DNA of 64,000 nucleotides from Candidatus Hydrothermarchaeum profundi (GCA_002011125.2 MTMF02000009.1:128001-192000), one strand, 5' to 3'. Positions 9,493 to 20,848 are shown, counted from the first letter of the stretch. A program made the numbers and translations. Notes: a model not told the origin generated them from the sequence alone.

Positions 9493-9635
9493 GTCAACTT
9501 TAGGATTGTCATATTTTCTTTAAATATTTAATCCTTAAACTAATAAAAAAAAGAAATATTTATATATTATAAGATTTTTTATTTTTTCCTTATATATTAT
9601 AGTTGTTAATATTATAAATTTATTAGGGCAGACCT

Positions 9636-11165
9636 ATGAATGAGAAGATATGTCTCAGGGATTTTCCAGAATTCGTGAGGCTTGAGGTCTCTAGAGACTT
9701 ATCTTCAAAAATTTTTAATACCGTTTTAGAAAATATTAAAGAAGAAACTGTCGACGCTGATTGTTACGAAGAATGGCCCTCAAATTTCTTTTATGGTAAG
9801 ATTGGAGGAAAAATTTTAGAGGCTTTAAAACAAGGAACGCTAACAGGGCGGGAGATTATAGAAAAAACAGGGATATCAAAAAATACCTTTTACCATAAGA
9901 TAGCTGAACTTAAGAAGGAAGGGATAGTAAAAGGACGCTATGAAATAACTGGACTCAGACCAAAATTTTCTTATCTCTACAGCTTTGAAAGTCTTTCTCC
10001 CAACGAACGCCGGAGTAAAGGAATTTCAAAGGAAGATGTAATCATCGCTCTTTATCTATGGCCAAAGTACAAAGAGGCATGTTTAAAGGAGAGAATAAGT
10101 CCTAGCACTAACAGATACTCGGTTGGATACCGTGACCTCTTTAGCCTTGCACAGGCTATTAAGACATGGAAAAAAGGAGACCACATGATACCAAAGTGGG
10201 TTCTCATTGCTCTTGCTGAAGCTTCCAACCAATTAAATTTGGTAGAATCAGAAGGAGCTATACTAAGTTATTCTTTGCCTCCAGGTATAAAGGTTGCCCC
10301 CTACTATGAAGGTAAATATAAAATACCGATAGATGTAGGAGTGGAACTCGATATAGCCACAATCCAGTTTCTAGTTAAAGGCACAGAATCTAGGAGATAT
10401 AATCACAAGAATAAAGAACATTTCTTTGAAAAACTCTTTAAAACCTTTGGAGTGTTTCCACAGAATGATGGCAGAGTTCCAGGAGTGATATTGGAAATAA
10501 TAAAGAAACATTACAATGTTTGTATTTCTAAGGAAAATGCTAGGATACCAGAACTAATATTCAAAAAGCTAGAGGAACTAAAAGACCCTGAAAAAATGCA
10601 GAAAGAGATAGAATTATTAGAGGGAATATTAGAGTTAGGCAGCCATTCTAATGGATATGTAGAAATTACCTGTAGGTCAGAGAATTTTTTCAAAGATCTG
10701 TCACAGATAACTGAATCAGTAGGAATAGGAGAGCTAAATATTAGAAATAGAAGGGATAGACCGCATTTTAGAAGTGAGCTATCTATAAAAAAATTTGAGA
10801 ATGCAAAAAAAAGATTAGAACATATAAAAGAGATCTACGCTAAAATTGACCAAATATATCCCGACATTAGGGTATGGGAAAATATCCCTTTAAACAAAAT
10901 AAGAGAGAAGATAAGGACGATAGATGGGGATATCAAAAAGTTAGAAGAGATATGTAAAGAAGAACTTGCCACTCATTTAAACTCGGCTTTAGAGAGCATT
11001 TATAGAAACAAGCCGATTTATCGGAGGGTAGTCCAGTCCTCTTATCTCAAACAAGAGATGATGGAGTATTTCTGGACTAATAAGAAGATTCCCAGCACTA
11101 GGAATGTCCAAGAATTTTTATCAAATAAACTTGCAGAAACTCCATTTATCCATCGAGTTATTTAG
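9636..11165 (+). CDS. HTH protein with probable degenerate LAGLIDADG-like domains
   Basis: wHTH (GREIIEKTGISKNTFYHKIAELKKEG), second HTH-like segment, RIPELIF...LLEGILELGS...VEITCRS segment. Confidence 0.5.
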   Translation: MNEKICLRDFPEFVRLEVSRDLSSKIFNTVLENIKEETVDADCYEEWPSNFFYGKIGGKILEALKQGTLTGREIIEKTGISKNTFYHKIAELKKEGIVKGRYEITGLRPKFSYLYSFESLSPNERRSKGISKEDVIIALYLWPKYKEACLKERISPSTNRYSVGYRDLFSLAQAIKTWKKGDHMIPKWVLIALAEASNQLNLVESEGAILSYSLPPGIKVAPYYEGKYKIPIDVGVELDIATIQFLVKGTESRRYNHKNKEHFFEKLFKTFGVFPQNDGRVPGVILEIIKKHYNVCISKENARIPELIFKKLEELKDPEKMQKEIELLEGILELGSHSNGYVEITCRSENFFKDLSQITESVGIGELNIRNRRDRPHFRSELSIKKFENAKKRLEHIKEIYAKIDQIYPDIRVWENIPLNKIREKIRTIDGDIKKLEEICKEELATHLNSALESIYRNKPIYRRVVQSSYLKQEMMEYFWTNKKIPSTRNVQEFLSNKLAETPFIHRVI

Positions 11166-11221
11166 CGGCCCTCTGCTTTTGGATAAATTTTTAATTACTA
11201 AAAGATTCTTGGAGTAATAGG

Positions 11222-11995
11222 GTGAGCACTACGCATATCAGATTCAAGGTATATCGTAGCTCAGGCAAACAAAAAAAATATGACGTATATGAGCTAAAAG
11301 CAGAATCGGGGATGACTGTTCTCGACGCTCTTCTAAAAATAAAAGAGGAACAAGATGGAACCCTAGGCGTAAGATATTCTTGCCGGTGGTCGGTCTGTGG
11401 CTCTTGCGGGATGTTAATTAATAAGATTCCCCGTCTTGCATGTAGAACTATGGTTAGCGAGGTGGAAAATGAAACTGTGCTTAGAATTGAAGGCTGGGGG
11501 CCTATTGCTAAGCCCGTTTTCCGGAAAGCAAAAGGTGAGATATTGCTTGAGCCTTTGCCTAATCTCCCAGTAGTGAAGGACCTAATAGTTGACTGGCGGC
11601 CATTCTTCGAGAAATTAAAAAAAGTCGAACCATGGTTGGTAGGAGGAGAAGTTCAACCTGATAAAGAGCGGTTAATGAATAATGAAAGAAGTCTTGAACT
11701 TGGGGTATATGCAAACTGTATACTTTGTGCCGTATGCTATGGCTCTTGCCCTGTAGTGGAGAGAGATAGGGAATATCTTGGTCCAGCTGCATTATCCCAA
11801 GCTTGGAGATTCTTTAACGATCCTCGTCACATTGAAAAGAAAAAAATATTAGATCTAGTTGACTCACAGCAGGGCATCTGGGGATGTGACGGGGTTTATA
11901 ATTGCACTGAAGTCTGCCCTAAATCTGTTAAGCCAACTCAGGCAATCATGGCACTTAGGAGAAACGCATTTAAGTATAAATTAATGAGGAGATAA
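11222..11995 (+). CDS. sdhB: Succinate dehydrogenase/fumarate reductase Fe-S subunit
   Basis: SCRWSVCGSC, CILCAVCYGSC, CDGVYNCTEVCP. Confidence 0.92.
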   Translation: MSTTHIRFKVYRSSGKQKKYDVYELKAESGMTVLDALLKIKEEQDGTLGVRYSCRWSVCGSCGMLINKIPRLACRTMVSEVENETVLRIEGWGPIAKPVFRKAKGEILLEPLPNLPVVKDLIVDWRPFFEKLKKVEPWLVGGEVQPDKERLMNNERSLELGVYANCILCAVCYGSCPVVERDREYLGPAALSQAWRFFNDPRHIEKKKILDLVDSQQGIWGCDGVYNCTEVCPKSVKPTQAIMALRRNAFKYKLMRR

Positions 11996-11996
11996 T

Positions 11997-12323
11997 ATGA
12001 GTCAAAAACCTGGAAACTCGGGTATGATAGCTTGGCTTCTTCAAAGAATCACTGGCTTATTACTCGTCGCTTACCTCGCCACGCATCTATGGGTAAATCA
12101 TTTTTCACATATCACAACCCCTCTAGACGACTTCTTTCTTTTTTTACTTGGAGATAAGTTTTTGCCTGTGCTACTTGCTCTACTCACTTATCATGCGTTA
12201 AATGGCTTCCGAGTTTTTGCTATCGATTTTGGGATAGGCGCCAGAGGTCAAAAACTGCTATTTTGGGGTCTTGTAGTGTTAGGGGGCGCAATTTTTTTCT
12301 TCTGGGTGTTTGACTTTGGCTAG
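11997..12323 (+). CDS. sdhC: Succinate dehydrogenase membrane anchor (cytochrome b)
   Basis: [19 protein letters not shown]; three TM helices. Confidence 0.8.
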   Translation: MSQKPGNSGMIAWLLQRITGLLLVAYLATHLWVNHFSHITTPLDDFFLFLLGDKFLPVLLALLTYHALNGFRVFAIDFGIGARGQKLLFWGLVVLGGAIFFFWVFDFG

Positions 12324-12355
12324 ACATCAAAAATTGGGGAAGGAGATTTGATAAC

Positions 12356-14032
12356 TTGCTAAAACATGATATTGTAATTATAGGTGGAGGTCTCACAGGC
12401 CTTAGAGCAGCACTTGAAGCAAGCGGTAAGGCCAATGTAGCACTAATCTCAAAAGTTCATCCTCTCAGATCACATTCTGTAGCAGCTCAAGGAGGAATAA
12501 ACGCTGCACTAGGTCCGGAGGATAGTTGGGAGAAGCACGCCTTCGACACCATAAAAGGGAGCGACTATTTAGCTGATCAAGACGCTGTGGAAGTTCTATG
12601 CAAAGAAGCGCCACAGGCAGTGATAGAACTCGAACATCTCGGGGTTTTGTTTAGCAGAGATGAATATGATAAGATTGCTCTTCGCCCTTTTGGGGGAGGT
12701 ATGTATCCAAGGACGTGTTATGTTGGGGATATGACTGGACATGCCTTAATGCATACTCTATATCAACAGCTATTAAAAGAAGGAGTCAAAATCTATGAGG
12801 AATGGTTTATTACTTCCTTAGTGGTTTCGGATGGAAGATGCGTGGGATTAACCGCCTTGGAAATACCTACTGGGAAACTGCATGCAATTCAAGCTAAATC
12901 GGTTATTATAGCAACTGGTGGATATGGAAGAGTTTACGCTAACAGCACCAACGCTCATATAAATACAGGAGATGGAATTGCAATAGCCTATAGAGCTGGT
13001 GCTCCCTTAATGGATATGGAGTTTGTTCAGTTCCACCCTACTACGCTTTTCGGAAGCAATATTTTGATAACTGAGGGTGCTAGAGGGGAGGGTGCTTACT
13101 TGCTTAATAAAAAGGGCGAGAGGTTTATGAAACGGTATGCGCCTGATAAGATGGAGTTAGCTCCTAGAGATATAGTAGCACGCTCAATCGTCACAGAGAT
13201 AAAAGAAGGTAGAGCATATGAGGAAGGATACGTCTTGTTGGATATGCGGCATCTGGGTGGAAAGAAGATTAGGGAAAGGCTGCCGCAGGTGAGGGATATA
13301 ATAATAAATTTTTATGGCGCTGATCCAGAGACTGAACCTATAAAAGTGCAGCCTGGACAACATTACTCTATGGGTGGTATAAAAGTTGACGTCACTGCAG
13401 CTAGCCCAATTAAGGGGCTCTATGCCGCAGGAGAATGCGCATGTGTAAGCGTCCATGGTGCAAACCGTTTAGGAGGAAACTCCCTTTTAGAGACTATCGT
13501 ATTTGGCAAAATAGCTGCAAAAAGCTCTTTGAAATATATTGAAGAGATAGATTTTGTTGGAGAAGAAGTCCTCGCTTCTAAGTTTGAGGAAGAAAATAAA
13601 CGAATTAATGAAATAAAAGCAAGAAAAAGAGGTATTAGACATTCTAAGATTAGAAAAGAACTTAAAAATCTTATGATGAATAATGTTGGGATATTTAGAG
13701 AAAAGGAGAGTCTACAGAGAGCCTTAGATAGAATCTCAGAGCTAAAAAAGCTGTACAATAATATATTTTTAGACGATAAAGGGGATATATACAATCAAGA
13801 TTTAATAAATGCTTTTGAACTAGGCTTTCTCCTTGATATTGCAGAAACTATATGCATAGGTGCTCTTAGAAGGGAGGAGAGTAGAGGCTCCCATTATAGG
13901 GTTGACTTTCCGAAAAGAGATGACAAAAATTGGCTTAAACATTCCCTATTCTACTATACACCAGAAGGCCCTCGAGTAGAATATTGCGATGTCACTATAA
14001 CCCGATTCCCCCCCAAAGAGAGGGAATACTGA
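12356..14032 (+). CDS. sdhA: Succinate dehydrogenase/fumarate reductase flavoprotein
   Basis: [34 protein letters not shown]. Confidence 0.95.
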   Translation: MLKHDIVIIGGGLTGLRAALEASGKANVALISKVHPLRSHSVAAQGGINAALGPEDSWEKHAFDTIKGSDYLADQDAVEVLCKEAPQAVIELEHLGVLFSRDEYDKIALRPFGGGMYPRTCYVGDMTGHALMHTLYQQLLKEGVKIYEEWFITSLVVSDGRCVGLTALEIPTGKLHAIQAKSVIIATGGYGRVYANSTNAHINTGDGIAIAYRAGAPLMDMEFVQFHPTTLFGSNILITEGARGEGAYLLNKKGERFMKRYAPDKMELAPRDIVARSIVTEIKEGRAYEEGYVLLDMRHLGGKKIRERLPQVRDIIINFYGADPETEPIKVQPGQHYSMGGIKVDVTAASPIKGLYAAGECACVSVHGANRLGGNSLLETIVFGKIAAKSSLKYIEEIDFVGEEVLASKFEEENKRINEIKARKRGIRHSKIRKELKNLMMNNVGIFREKESLQRALDRISELKKLYNNIFLDDKGDIYNQDLINAFELGFLLDIAETICIGALRREESRGSHYRVDFPKRDDKNWLKHSLFYYTPEGPRVEYCDVTITRFPPKEREY

Positions 14033-15268
14033 TCATCTCAATTTCTCAGGGGCCCACTTTTCTAAAGCTATTTTGAGTTCTCTATGATTTTCCGCATATT
14101 CTTTGAGAGATATTCCTTCTACTACTGCGCTAACTGCCTGCCGCATAGCGGTAGCACCAGCCCTCGTTCCTTCATCATGCCCATGGATCCCTCCGCCAGC
14201 CTGAATTACAACATTTATGCCAGATATTTTTATAAGATCGTCAACTATTCCTGGATGTAAGCCGCCTGAAGCAACACTCAACACCTTCCTCAATCCAATC
14301 TCTTCTTCTAGAACTGCTTTGTACTGTAAGTCCTCATCAGGCGAGCCCTTCATCTTTCCGACACCAAACGAGCCTATATGGAGCTGGTCTACTCCTATTA
14401 AACGAGCTATTTTTGCTATTACTTTCATCGATATACCATGCCGCTTATGTCTAGTTAAAGCCGCATGCCCTGCCCTATGGGCATGTATTACCCTATCAAG
14501 GCCTGCATTTCTAATTGTTTGAAGAGAGGCCCAGCCCGAGGTCAGGATATCGACCATTATGTATTCCCCGCCGTTTTCCTTAACCAGTCTGGCTCTTTCA
14601 AGCATCTCGAGAGTTTCAGCAGTTATGTTTGGCATATAGATCTTCTTTTCTCCTGTTTCCTCCTCAGCTTTATCTCTCATCCTTAGAGTTTCCTTAATTC
14701 TCTTCGAGAAGGGATTGAACTTCATATTAGCTAGGTTTTCATCATCTTTAACTATATCAACGCCCCCTACCCAAGCTTCATATGCAACCTTAGCATGCTC
14801 TTTCGCGTTTAATCCAAGCTTTGGTTTTATTATGGTTCCAATAAAAGGCCTATTTTTAATCCCAGTGAGATCTCGAATACCTTCAATCCCAAATTTAGGG
14901 CCTTTAAAAGATCTTACGATACCCTCTGGGAATATGACATCTAAAAGCCTAAGATGAGTCACTTCCTTAAGTCCAAAAATGTTTCCAGCTATTGAACTCA
15001 GTATCTGAGGCATATTGGCTTCTTCAAAAAGTACTTGAGGATATGCGATTTTGGCTGTTTTTGATTCAAGGTCATGATAAAATACCTTCGGGGCTAATTT
15101 CCTTTTTATTTCATCCTTCATCGTAGTAAGTGCAGTCCAAGTGCCTATAGAACTCTCCGCGGCAATCCTCTCGGCCGCCTCTAAATGGGGAATCCCTTCT
15201 ACTTCGTAATAAAACTCGCAAACTAAATCGCCAGACGAAGGAGTATAATTTAAGTCAAGATAGCTCAC
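14033..15268 (-). CDS. rbcL: Form III RuBisCO large subunit
   Basis: AESSIGTW, IKPKLG, KDDE, HAHRAGH, GKM, SGGLH, QAGGG. Confidence 0.92.
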   Translation of the reverse strand: MSYLDLNYTPSSGDLVCEFYYEVEGIPHLEAAERIAAESSIGTWTALTTMKDEIKRKLAPKVFYHDLESKTAKIAYPQVLFEEANMPQILSSIAGNIFGLKEVTHLRLLDVIFPEGIVRSFKGPKFGIEGIRDLTGIKNRPFIGTIIKPKLGLNAKEHAKVAYEAWVGGVDIVKDDENLANMKFNPFSKRIKETLRMRDKAEEETGEKKIYMPNITAETLEMLERARLVKENGGEYIMVDILTSGWASLQTIRNAGLDRVIHAHRAGHAALTRHKRHGISMKVIAKIARLIGVDQLHIGSFGVGKMKGSPDEDLQYKAVLEEEIGLRKVLSVASGGLHPGIVDDLIKISGINVVIQAGGGIHGHDEGTRAGATAMRQAVSAVVEGISLKEYAENHRELKIALEKWAPEKLR

Positions 15269-15327
15269 TAGAGCACCTCCCCAGAAATATTAGAGTGCAT
15301 GTTTAAAAATGTTATCCAGCTAATGAT

Positions 15328-15516
15328 TTATAACTTTTCAGCGTAGTGACACCATTCTACTCCTTCTATCCCATTTTCAAAACACGCTGGCTCAAGTTGA
15401 TATCTATTCTTTTTCTTTGGACAATTATGTTTTGCGCTACATACTGCAATTGCTTTATCTGCCGTGAAAGTGGATATCCGGCAACTGGGGTGCAAAAGTT
15501 GTAGTGCTTTCGTCAT
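15328..15516 (-). CDS. Small Cys-containing hypothetical protein
   Basis: 62 aa, 5 Cys, SD AGGTGA upstream. Confidence 0.5.
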   Translation of the reverse strand: MTKALQLLHPSCRISTFTADKAIAVCSAKHNCPKKKNRYQLEPACFENGIEGVEWCHYAEKL

Positions 15517-15623
15517 TCCTATTCACCTTAGCCCATAATGCTCGAGTCTCATTTGAAAATATTATTATAATTTATAGGGTTTTTATGTTTAAATTAAAAA
15601 AAATAGTCATAAAATATTATAAT

Positions 15624-17024
15624 TTATTTCCTCCATCTCCATCTAGTACCCTCTGGAGTATCTTCTAAAATTATTCCTTTATCATAAAGCTCAGATCTAA
15701 TTTTATCGGCCTTCGCATAATCTTTCCTACCCCTAGCCATCTCTCGCTCTTTTATCAATTTTTTAAATTCTAATGGTAACTCTTTTTTTTCAAGTCTCAA
15801 TACTCCTAAAACCTCATTAAATTTAGACATAAGATTATAAACTTCTTCTAGATTTTCTTTAGAAACCCTGCCTTCTTTCATAACCCTATTCGTCTCTCTA
15901 ACCAATTCAAAAAGCGTCACTAAAGCCTTTCTAATATTAAGGTCATCATCCATGTACTCCTCAAATTTTTTCTCTGCCTCCTTTACCTTTTTATGAAACT
16001 CTTCATTCCAAACTCCCAAAGGATTGGCTTTTTCTAATCTATCCATAAAATCTTCTAGACTAAGAACTGTATTCTTAGCCATCTCAAGGCCCCTGAAAGT
16101 GAAATTCAACTTCTGCCTATAGTGGGTTGAAATGAGCAAATAGCGTATTGCCAGGGGATCATGCCCTCTCTCCAAGAGGTCCCTTAAGGTATAAAAATTA
16201 CCGAGAGACTTAGACATTTTCTTATTCTCCACCAAAAGATGCTCATTGTGCACCCAGTAATTCACAAATCTCCTACCGGTAGCTGCTTCAGACTGAGCGA
16301 TCTCATTCTGATGGTGGGGAAATATCAAGTCTACACCGCCCGCATGAATATCCAAGGTTTCCCCTAAGTATTTCATGCTCATGGCAGAGCATTCAAGATG
16401 CCATCCGGGCCGTCCTTTCCCTAGCTCAGTGTCCCAGTATACTTCTCCGTCCTCCTCAGTATATGCTTTCCATAAAGCAAAGTCTTTTGCCTCGTCCTTG
16501 CCATATTCATCCGAGCTAACTCTAGCTCCTTCTTTTAACTCTTTGAGTTTTATCTGTGCAAGTTTCCCGTAGTCTTTAAATTTTGATATATCAAAATAGA
16601 TAGAACCGTCTGAACCTCTATATGCATAACCCTTTTCTAACAGCTTTTTTACAAGAGCCACCATCTCAGGGATATGCTTGGTGGCCCTTGGATAGTACTC
16701 CACCCGCTCTATATTAAGAGTGTCAATATCCTCAAAAAAAGCCTTAATATAACGATCAGTAAATTCCTTTAAAGAAATCCCCTCTTCCCTAGACCTCTTT
16801 ATAGTCTTATCATCAACATCAGTAAGATTCATAACCTGCGTTACTTTGAAACCTTTATATTTGAGGTACCTTCTCAAAAGGTCTTGGAATACATAGGCCC
16901 TGAAGTTACCTATATGGGCATAGTCGTATACCGTTGGTCCACAGGTGTAGATTTTTACTCTGCCTTCCTCCAGTGGGACAAACTTTTCCTTTCTCCTCGA
17001 AAGAGTATTGTAGATCTTTAACAT
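15624..17024 (-). CDS. cysS: Cysteinyl-tRNA synthetase (class I)
   Basis: CGPTVY, HIGN, GRPGWHLECSAM, KMSKS. Confidence 0.96.
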   Translation of the reverse strand: MLKIYNTLSRRKEKFVPLEEGRVKIYTCGPTVYDYAHIGNFRAYVFQDLLRRYLKYKGFKVTQVMNLTDVDDKTIKRSREEGISLKEFTDRYIKAFFEDIDTLNIERVEYYPRATKHIPEMVALVKKLLEKGYAYRGSDGSIYFDISKFKDYGKLAQIKLKELKEGARVSSDEYGKDEAKDFALWKAYTEEDGEVYWDTELGKGRPGWHLECSAMSMKYLGETLDIHAGGVDLIFPHHQNEIAQSEAATGRRFVNYWVHNEHLLVENKKMSKSLGNFYTLRDLLERGHDPLAIRYLLISTHYRQKLNFTFRGLEMAKNTVLSLEDFMDRLEKANPLGVWNEEFHKKVKEAEKKFEEYMDDDLNIRKALVTLFELVRETNRVMKEGRVSKENLEEVYNLMSKFNEVLGVLRLEKKELPLEFKKLIKEREMARGRKDYAKADKIRSELYDKGIILEDTPEGTRWRWRK

Positions 17025-17696
17025 GAAAGTAAATCTTAAATTCCCTTAAAATTTGTTTTCCTCAATTTCCTTCTGTTTGTCAAATACCCATAAGATCCTT
17101 TGACTCCAATTCATCTTGTCCCAGTCTTTAGGCATTTTTACATTTTCCATAGTCTCAAGGCATAATAATAGTGCTTATATAAACCTTTCCAATTGACTAG
17201 TTTTATAGAACCATTAACCAAATAAAAGACTCCTTTTCTCATTCAAAATGAAAAGATTTTGATAATAAAAGCCTTAATGCTAAAACCCAGAATTATTTTA
17301 TATGACATTAAAAGCATGAAATCGGATATTATTAATGGAGTGTTTTTGATCTATTTATTCTAATTCTGCACCTAGCTTGTTATTATACCTTACTTTTTCA
17401 AGCTCAAAAAGTCTCTCAACCCCTTTCAACTTTGTATCATCTAACTCCAAGCTCTGAATCACTCCTAGCTTAATTGGAGCAAAAATAGCATATAAGCATG
17501 AAACCTTTAGCCTCCTTTTGGCGTGAAATATTTCATTTTTAGATTAAACTATATCGAAAGAAACCCAAGCTAAGATAAAATTAGAGAATACCTTTTAATA
17601 TTTCGTTTACCCTTTTTATTGGTTATATTTACCTAAGGATTATTTCTCCAAACCTCATATTTTTATATTTATTTACAAAAAAAAGAAGGGAGCACA

Positions 17697-19379
17697 ATGC
17701 CGGGAAAAAATAATAGCCAAAAAAAAGATGCTTGTAGAGAAATGTTTGAAGCCATAGTTGATAATATAAGTGAGGGTATTATGCTCATTGATACAGACTA
17801 TACTATTAGAGAGGTAAACCCTGCGACATGTAAGATGCTTGAGCGCTCTAAGGATGAAATAATAGGAGAACCATGTTACAAAGTAAGCCATGGATTAAGC
17901 CAGCCTTGCTCAGAGAGGTGCCCACTAAGGAAAGTATTGCAAACCGGCAAGTCAGCAAAAGTGATACATGAACATTTTACTAAGGAGGGTTTTAAAATAT
18001 ATGTAGAGATAATTGCTTCCCCGATAAAAGATAAAGAAGGCAAAGTTGCTCAAATAATACAGATTTCCAAAGATATAACAGAAGACATTGTAGTAAAACT
18101 AGAGTCTGATTTACTATCTAAGGTAAATGATCTGCTAGATGCAGGAGTAAAAAGAGAGAAAGTCTTCAATATTATCACTCAAGGACTGACTTCCCTATTT
18201 GGATATAAGTTAGCAGCAATAAATCTATTGAGCGAGGACAAAAATTCACTGGTATGTAAGAGTATTTCATTGGACCCATACATAGTCGCAGAGATAGAAA
18301 GATTGACAGGGTTAAAGGCTGTAGGCTATAAGATACCCTTATTGGAAGGAAGTCCTCTAGCAAAAGTTGTAAAAACAAAAGAAGCAGTAATCGTTGATGA
18401 TATTATTAAACTTATAAAGAGTCACACAAAGGAAAAGCACCTTAGAGCTCTTGCACCTATGATAAAGAAGCTTCTTGGAATAAAGTGGGGACTCGGAGTG
18501 CCTCTGCTTGCGGGAGACAAGCTAGTAGGAAGTATAGGCGTTGGAAGCGGATGGAAGCTTACCAAGCGAGATGCCGACCGCTTGGCCCGGTTTGGTAAAC
18601 AAGCGGGCTTAGCTGTAGAAAGGGCAATGTTATATGAAGACTTGGAAAAGGCTTATGAGGAGTTAAAAAGCTTGGACGAAATTAAAACCAATATTATTTC
18701 TAATGTGAGCCATGAACTCCGCACTCCACTCACAATTGCAAAAGGGGCTATAGAGATAGCTGAAGAGGAAAATAACGAGGAAGAACGTAAAAAACTTCTT
18801 GCAATGGCCAAAGCTGCACTCATTAGGCAGAATTCAGTTATAGGAGATTTAATGGACATCTCAAAAATTTCAAAAGGCTCTTTGAAACCTCAGATAAGAA
18901 AAGTTGATCTAAAGCTGGTAATTACTTCATCAGTAAAAGAGATGGAGCCTTTGGCTCTTAAAAAGAAAATAAAAATAAAGACCTCGCTGGAAGAGGGATT
19001 ACCTGAAGTCGCTGCAGACTTTAAAGAACTTCGCCATGTTCTTATTAATCTCCTTAGCAATGCGATAAAGTTTAATAAAGAAGGAGGAAAAGTTCTAATT
19101 GAAGCGGAGAGAAAAGGAGAATTCGTTGAAGTATGTATTGCAGATACCGGCATAGGAATACCTCAAAAATACCTACCAAAGATCTTTGACAGATTCTATC
19201 AGATAGATTCGGGTGTTACTAGAAAGTATGGAGGTACCGGCTTAGGCTTAGCTATAGTTAAAGAAATCATAGAACTTTATGGAGGTCAAGTTAAAGTTGA
19301 AAGCGAAGTTGGGAAGGGAAGTAAGTTTACATTTACAGTGCCGATGTGGAAGAAGGGGAATAGTACCATATGTAAGTAA
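17697..19379 (+). CDS. PAS-GAF sensor histidine kinase (no adjacent response regulator)
   Basis: SHELRTPL H-box, NAIKF, DTGIG, GGTGLGL. Confidence 0.92.
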   Translation: MPGKNNSQKKDACREMFEAIVDNISEGIMLIDTDYTIREVNPATCKMLERSKDEIIGEPCYKVSHGLSQPCSERCPLRKVLQTGKSAKVIHEHFTKEGFKIYVEIIASPIKDKEGKVAQIIQISKDITEDIVVKLESDLLSKVNDLLDAGVKREKVFNIITQGLTSLFGYKLAAINLLSEDKNSLVCKSISLDPYIVAEIERLTGLKAVGYKIPLLEGSPLAKVVKTKEAVIVDDIIKLIKSHTKEKHLRALAPMIKKLLGIKWGLGVPLLAGDKLVGSIGVGSGWKLTKRDADRLARFGKQAGLAVERAMLYEDLEKAYEELKSLDEIKTNIISNVSHELRTPLTIAKGAIEIAEEENNEEERKKLLAMAKAALIRQNSVIGDLMDISKISKGSLKPQIRKVDLKLVITSSVKEMEPLALKKKIKIKTSLEEGLPEVAADFKELRHVLINLLSNAIKFNKEGGKVLIEAERKGEFVEVCIADTGIGIPQKYLPKIFDRFYQIDSGVTRKYGGTGLGLAIVKEIIELYGGQVKVESEVGKGSKFTFTVPMWKKGNSTICK

Positions 19380-19431
19380 ATAGAAACAAAGATAACCTTA
19401 TTTGATTATAATTTTGGTTTTCGCTACTTCA

Positions 19432-19444
19432 AGCCGAGGAGGGG
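19432..19444. repeat. att core, displaced tRNA-Cys 3' end
   Basis: Identical to 30068-30080. Confidence 0.88.
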
Positions 19445-19539
19445 CCGACCGTGGCCATGTCAGAAGCCTATGCTTTTCCTGTGTTTTCCTGGTATATAAA
19501 CGTTAGGCTTTAATACCTATAAACCTATCTATTCTTATC

Positions 19540-19692
19540 ATGGCTAAGGAAAAGACCTACACGGTTTATGAGAATAAGGGGCAGCTACGGGTGACTATAC
19601 CGAGGGTGCTTGCCGATGCCTTGGGGATAAAGAAGGGCGACCAGGTGAGGTGGATAGTCGACAGAGGCGACCTAATTTTGCGCAAGGTATAG
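19540..19692 (+). CDS. AbrB/MazE/SpoVT-family DNA-binding protein (50 aa, not in ORF track)
   Basis: KGQLRVTIPRVLADALGIKKGDQVRW. Confidence 0.8.
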   Translation: MAKEKTYTVYENKGQLRVTIPRVLADALGIKKGDQVRWIVDRGDLILRKV

Positions 19693-19866
19693 GTCATCTG
19701 AGATAAATGTCGAAGCCCTAAAGCCATTAAGATGATCAAACATACTAAAATATAGAATCTACTTTATTTCATTTAACTTATGAAGAGGGTTTAGGAATGA
19801 ATCTGGTAGTAATATCACTTTTTTCATGCTCTCGTTAAGTTTAAATATTAATATAGACTCATAAAA

Positions 19867-20526
19867 ATGACCGAGCCTATGACCCTTTTACAGAAAAAAA
19901 CCCGTGAAGAAGTTATATCTGATCGCTTGCTTTTTATCTATTTGATTGATCAGGCTACAAAAAAGGGAAAAATTGAAGGTCAAAAGAAATTATTGAAACT
20001 TATTTTTTACTCCGAATATTTTATGTTAACTAGAGGTCTTAAGGGATTTAATTATAATTTTTTTAAATATATGAACGGTCCTTTTAGTAAAGAAGTTTAT
20101 GCGGATAGAGATATATTGATTGAGAACGATGTTTTAGATGATCAAGAAGGCTTTAAATTAACTGAGAAAGGTAAAAAAATCCTCAAAGTTTTCAAACCTA
20201 TTATTGAAAATAATAAACCCTTTAAGGAATTAATCGACTCTGTTGTCAACGAATTTGGAAAATTGAAGCCATGGCAGATAGAAGACTCCGCATATGACGT
20301 AAAGATTAATGGTATAAAGATCAGAGATTTGCCTTTACATTACCCGTTACTCAATAAAATTCCTACACATCAAGCTAAGTTAATTTTTGATGTAGGCGAT
20401 GAAAATTTCAAAGAAACATTTGAAATAATGACTGACAAAGAAGATTATGAATCACTTAAACAATCGATAGAAAGTGCCAGGACTGGAAGATTTTTTACGT
20501 TTGAGGAGATTTTTAAGTGTGTATAA
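19867..20526 (+). CDS. SocA/Panacea (DUF4065)-like antitoxin
   Basis: KLLKLIFYSE..F.KYMNGPFS; acidic C-terminal tail; overlaps downstream toxin gene. Confidence 0.7.
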   Translation: MTEPMTLLQKKTREEVISDRLLFIYLIDQATKKGKIEGQKKLLKLIFYSEYFMLTRGLKGFNYNFFKYMNGPFSKEVYADRDILIENDVLDDQEGFKLTEKGKKILKVFKPIIENNKPFKELIDSVVNEFGKLKPWQIEDSAYDVKINGIKIRDLPLHYPLLNKIPTHQAKLIFDVGDENFKETFEIMTDKEDYESLKQSIESARTGRFFTFEEIFKCV

Positions 20527-20848
20527 ACCATTCTTTACTGAATATTTTAACGAAAAAATTAAAAAATGGCTGAAGAAAGATAGAAACGCGGTAATAAAGG
20601 TTAAAAAGAAGATTGAGGATGATTTGTTTTTAAGTGACCCTCAAAGAAAAGCTATTTTAATAAAAGATCCTGACCTACTTGGAATGAGAAGGACAAAGTT
20701 CAGTAATATAAGACTTTCTTTTAATATCTGCAAAGAATGTAAGGAAACCGGGGAGAAGGAAATTTATAATTGTAATTTTTGTGATCAATTACCAGAGAAT
20801 GCAATAGTGATATTTGACTTTGATTATAGGAAGAGTTTTTATAAATAA
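20519..20848 (+). CDS. RelE/ParE-like toxin with Cys4 insertion
   Basis: YKPFFTEYF..GMRRTKFSNIRL..CKEC..CNFC..FDYRKSFY; GTG start after GAGGAG. Confidence 0.65.
   Translation: MYKPFFTEYFNEKIKKWLKKDRNAVIKVKKKIEDDLFLSDPQRKAILIKDPDLLGMRRTKFSNIRLSFNICKECKETGEKEIYNCNFCDQLPENAIVIFDFDYRKSFYK

Noticed and set aside
14033-15268. RuBisCO-like protein (form IV)
   Set aside because: Catalytic motifs KPK, KDDE, HRA and loop-6 GKM are intact, consistent with form III
17046-17650. Short ORFs or pseudogene between cysS and the kinase
   Set aside because: Only ~35-codon ORFs with no recognisable motif
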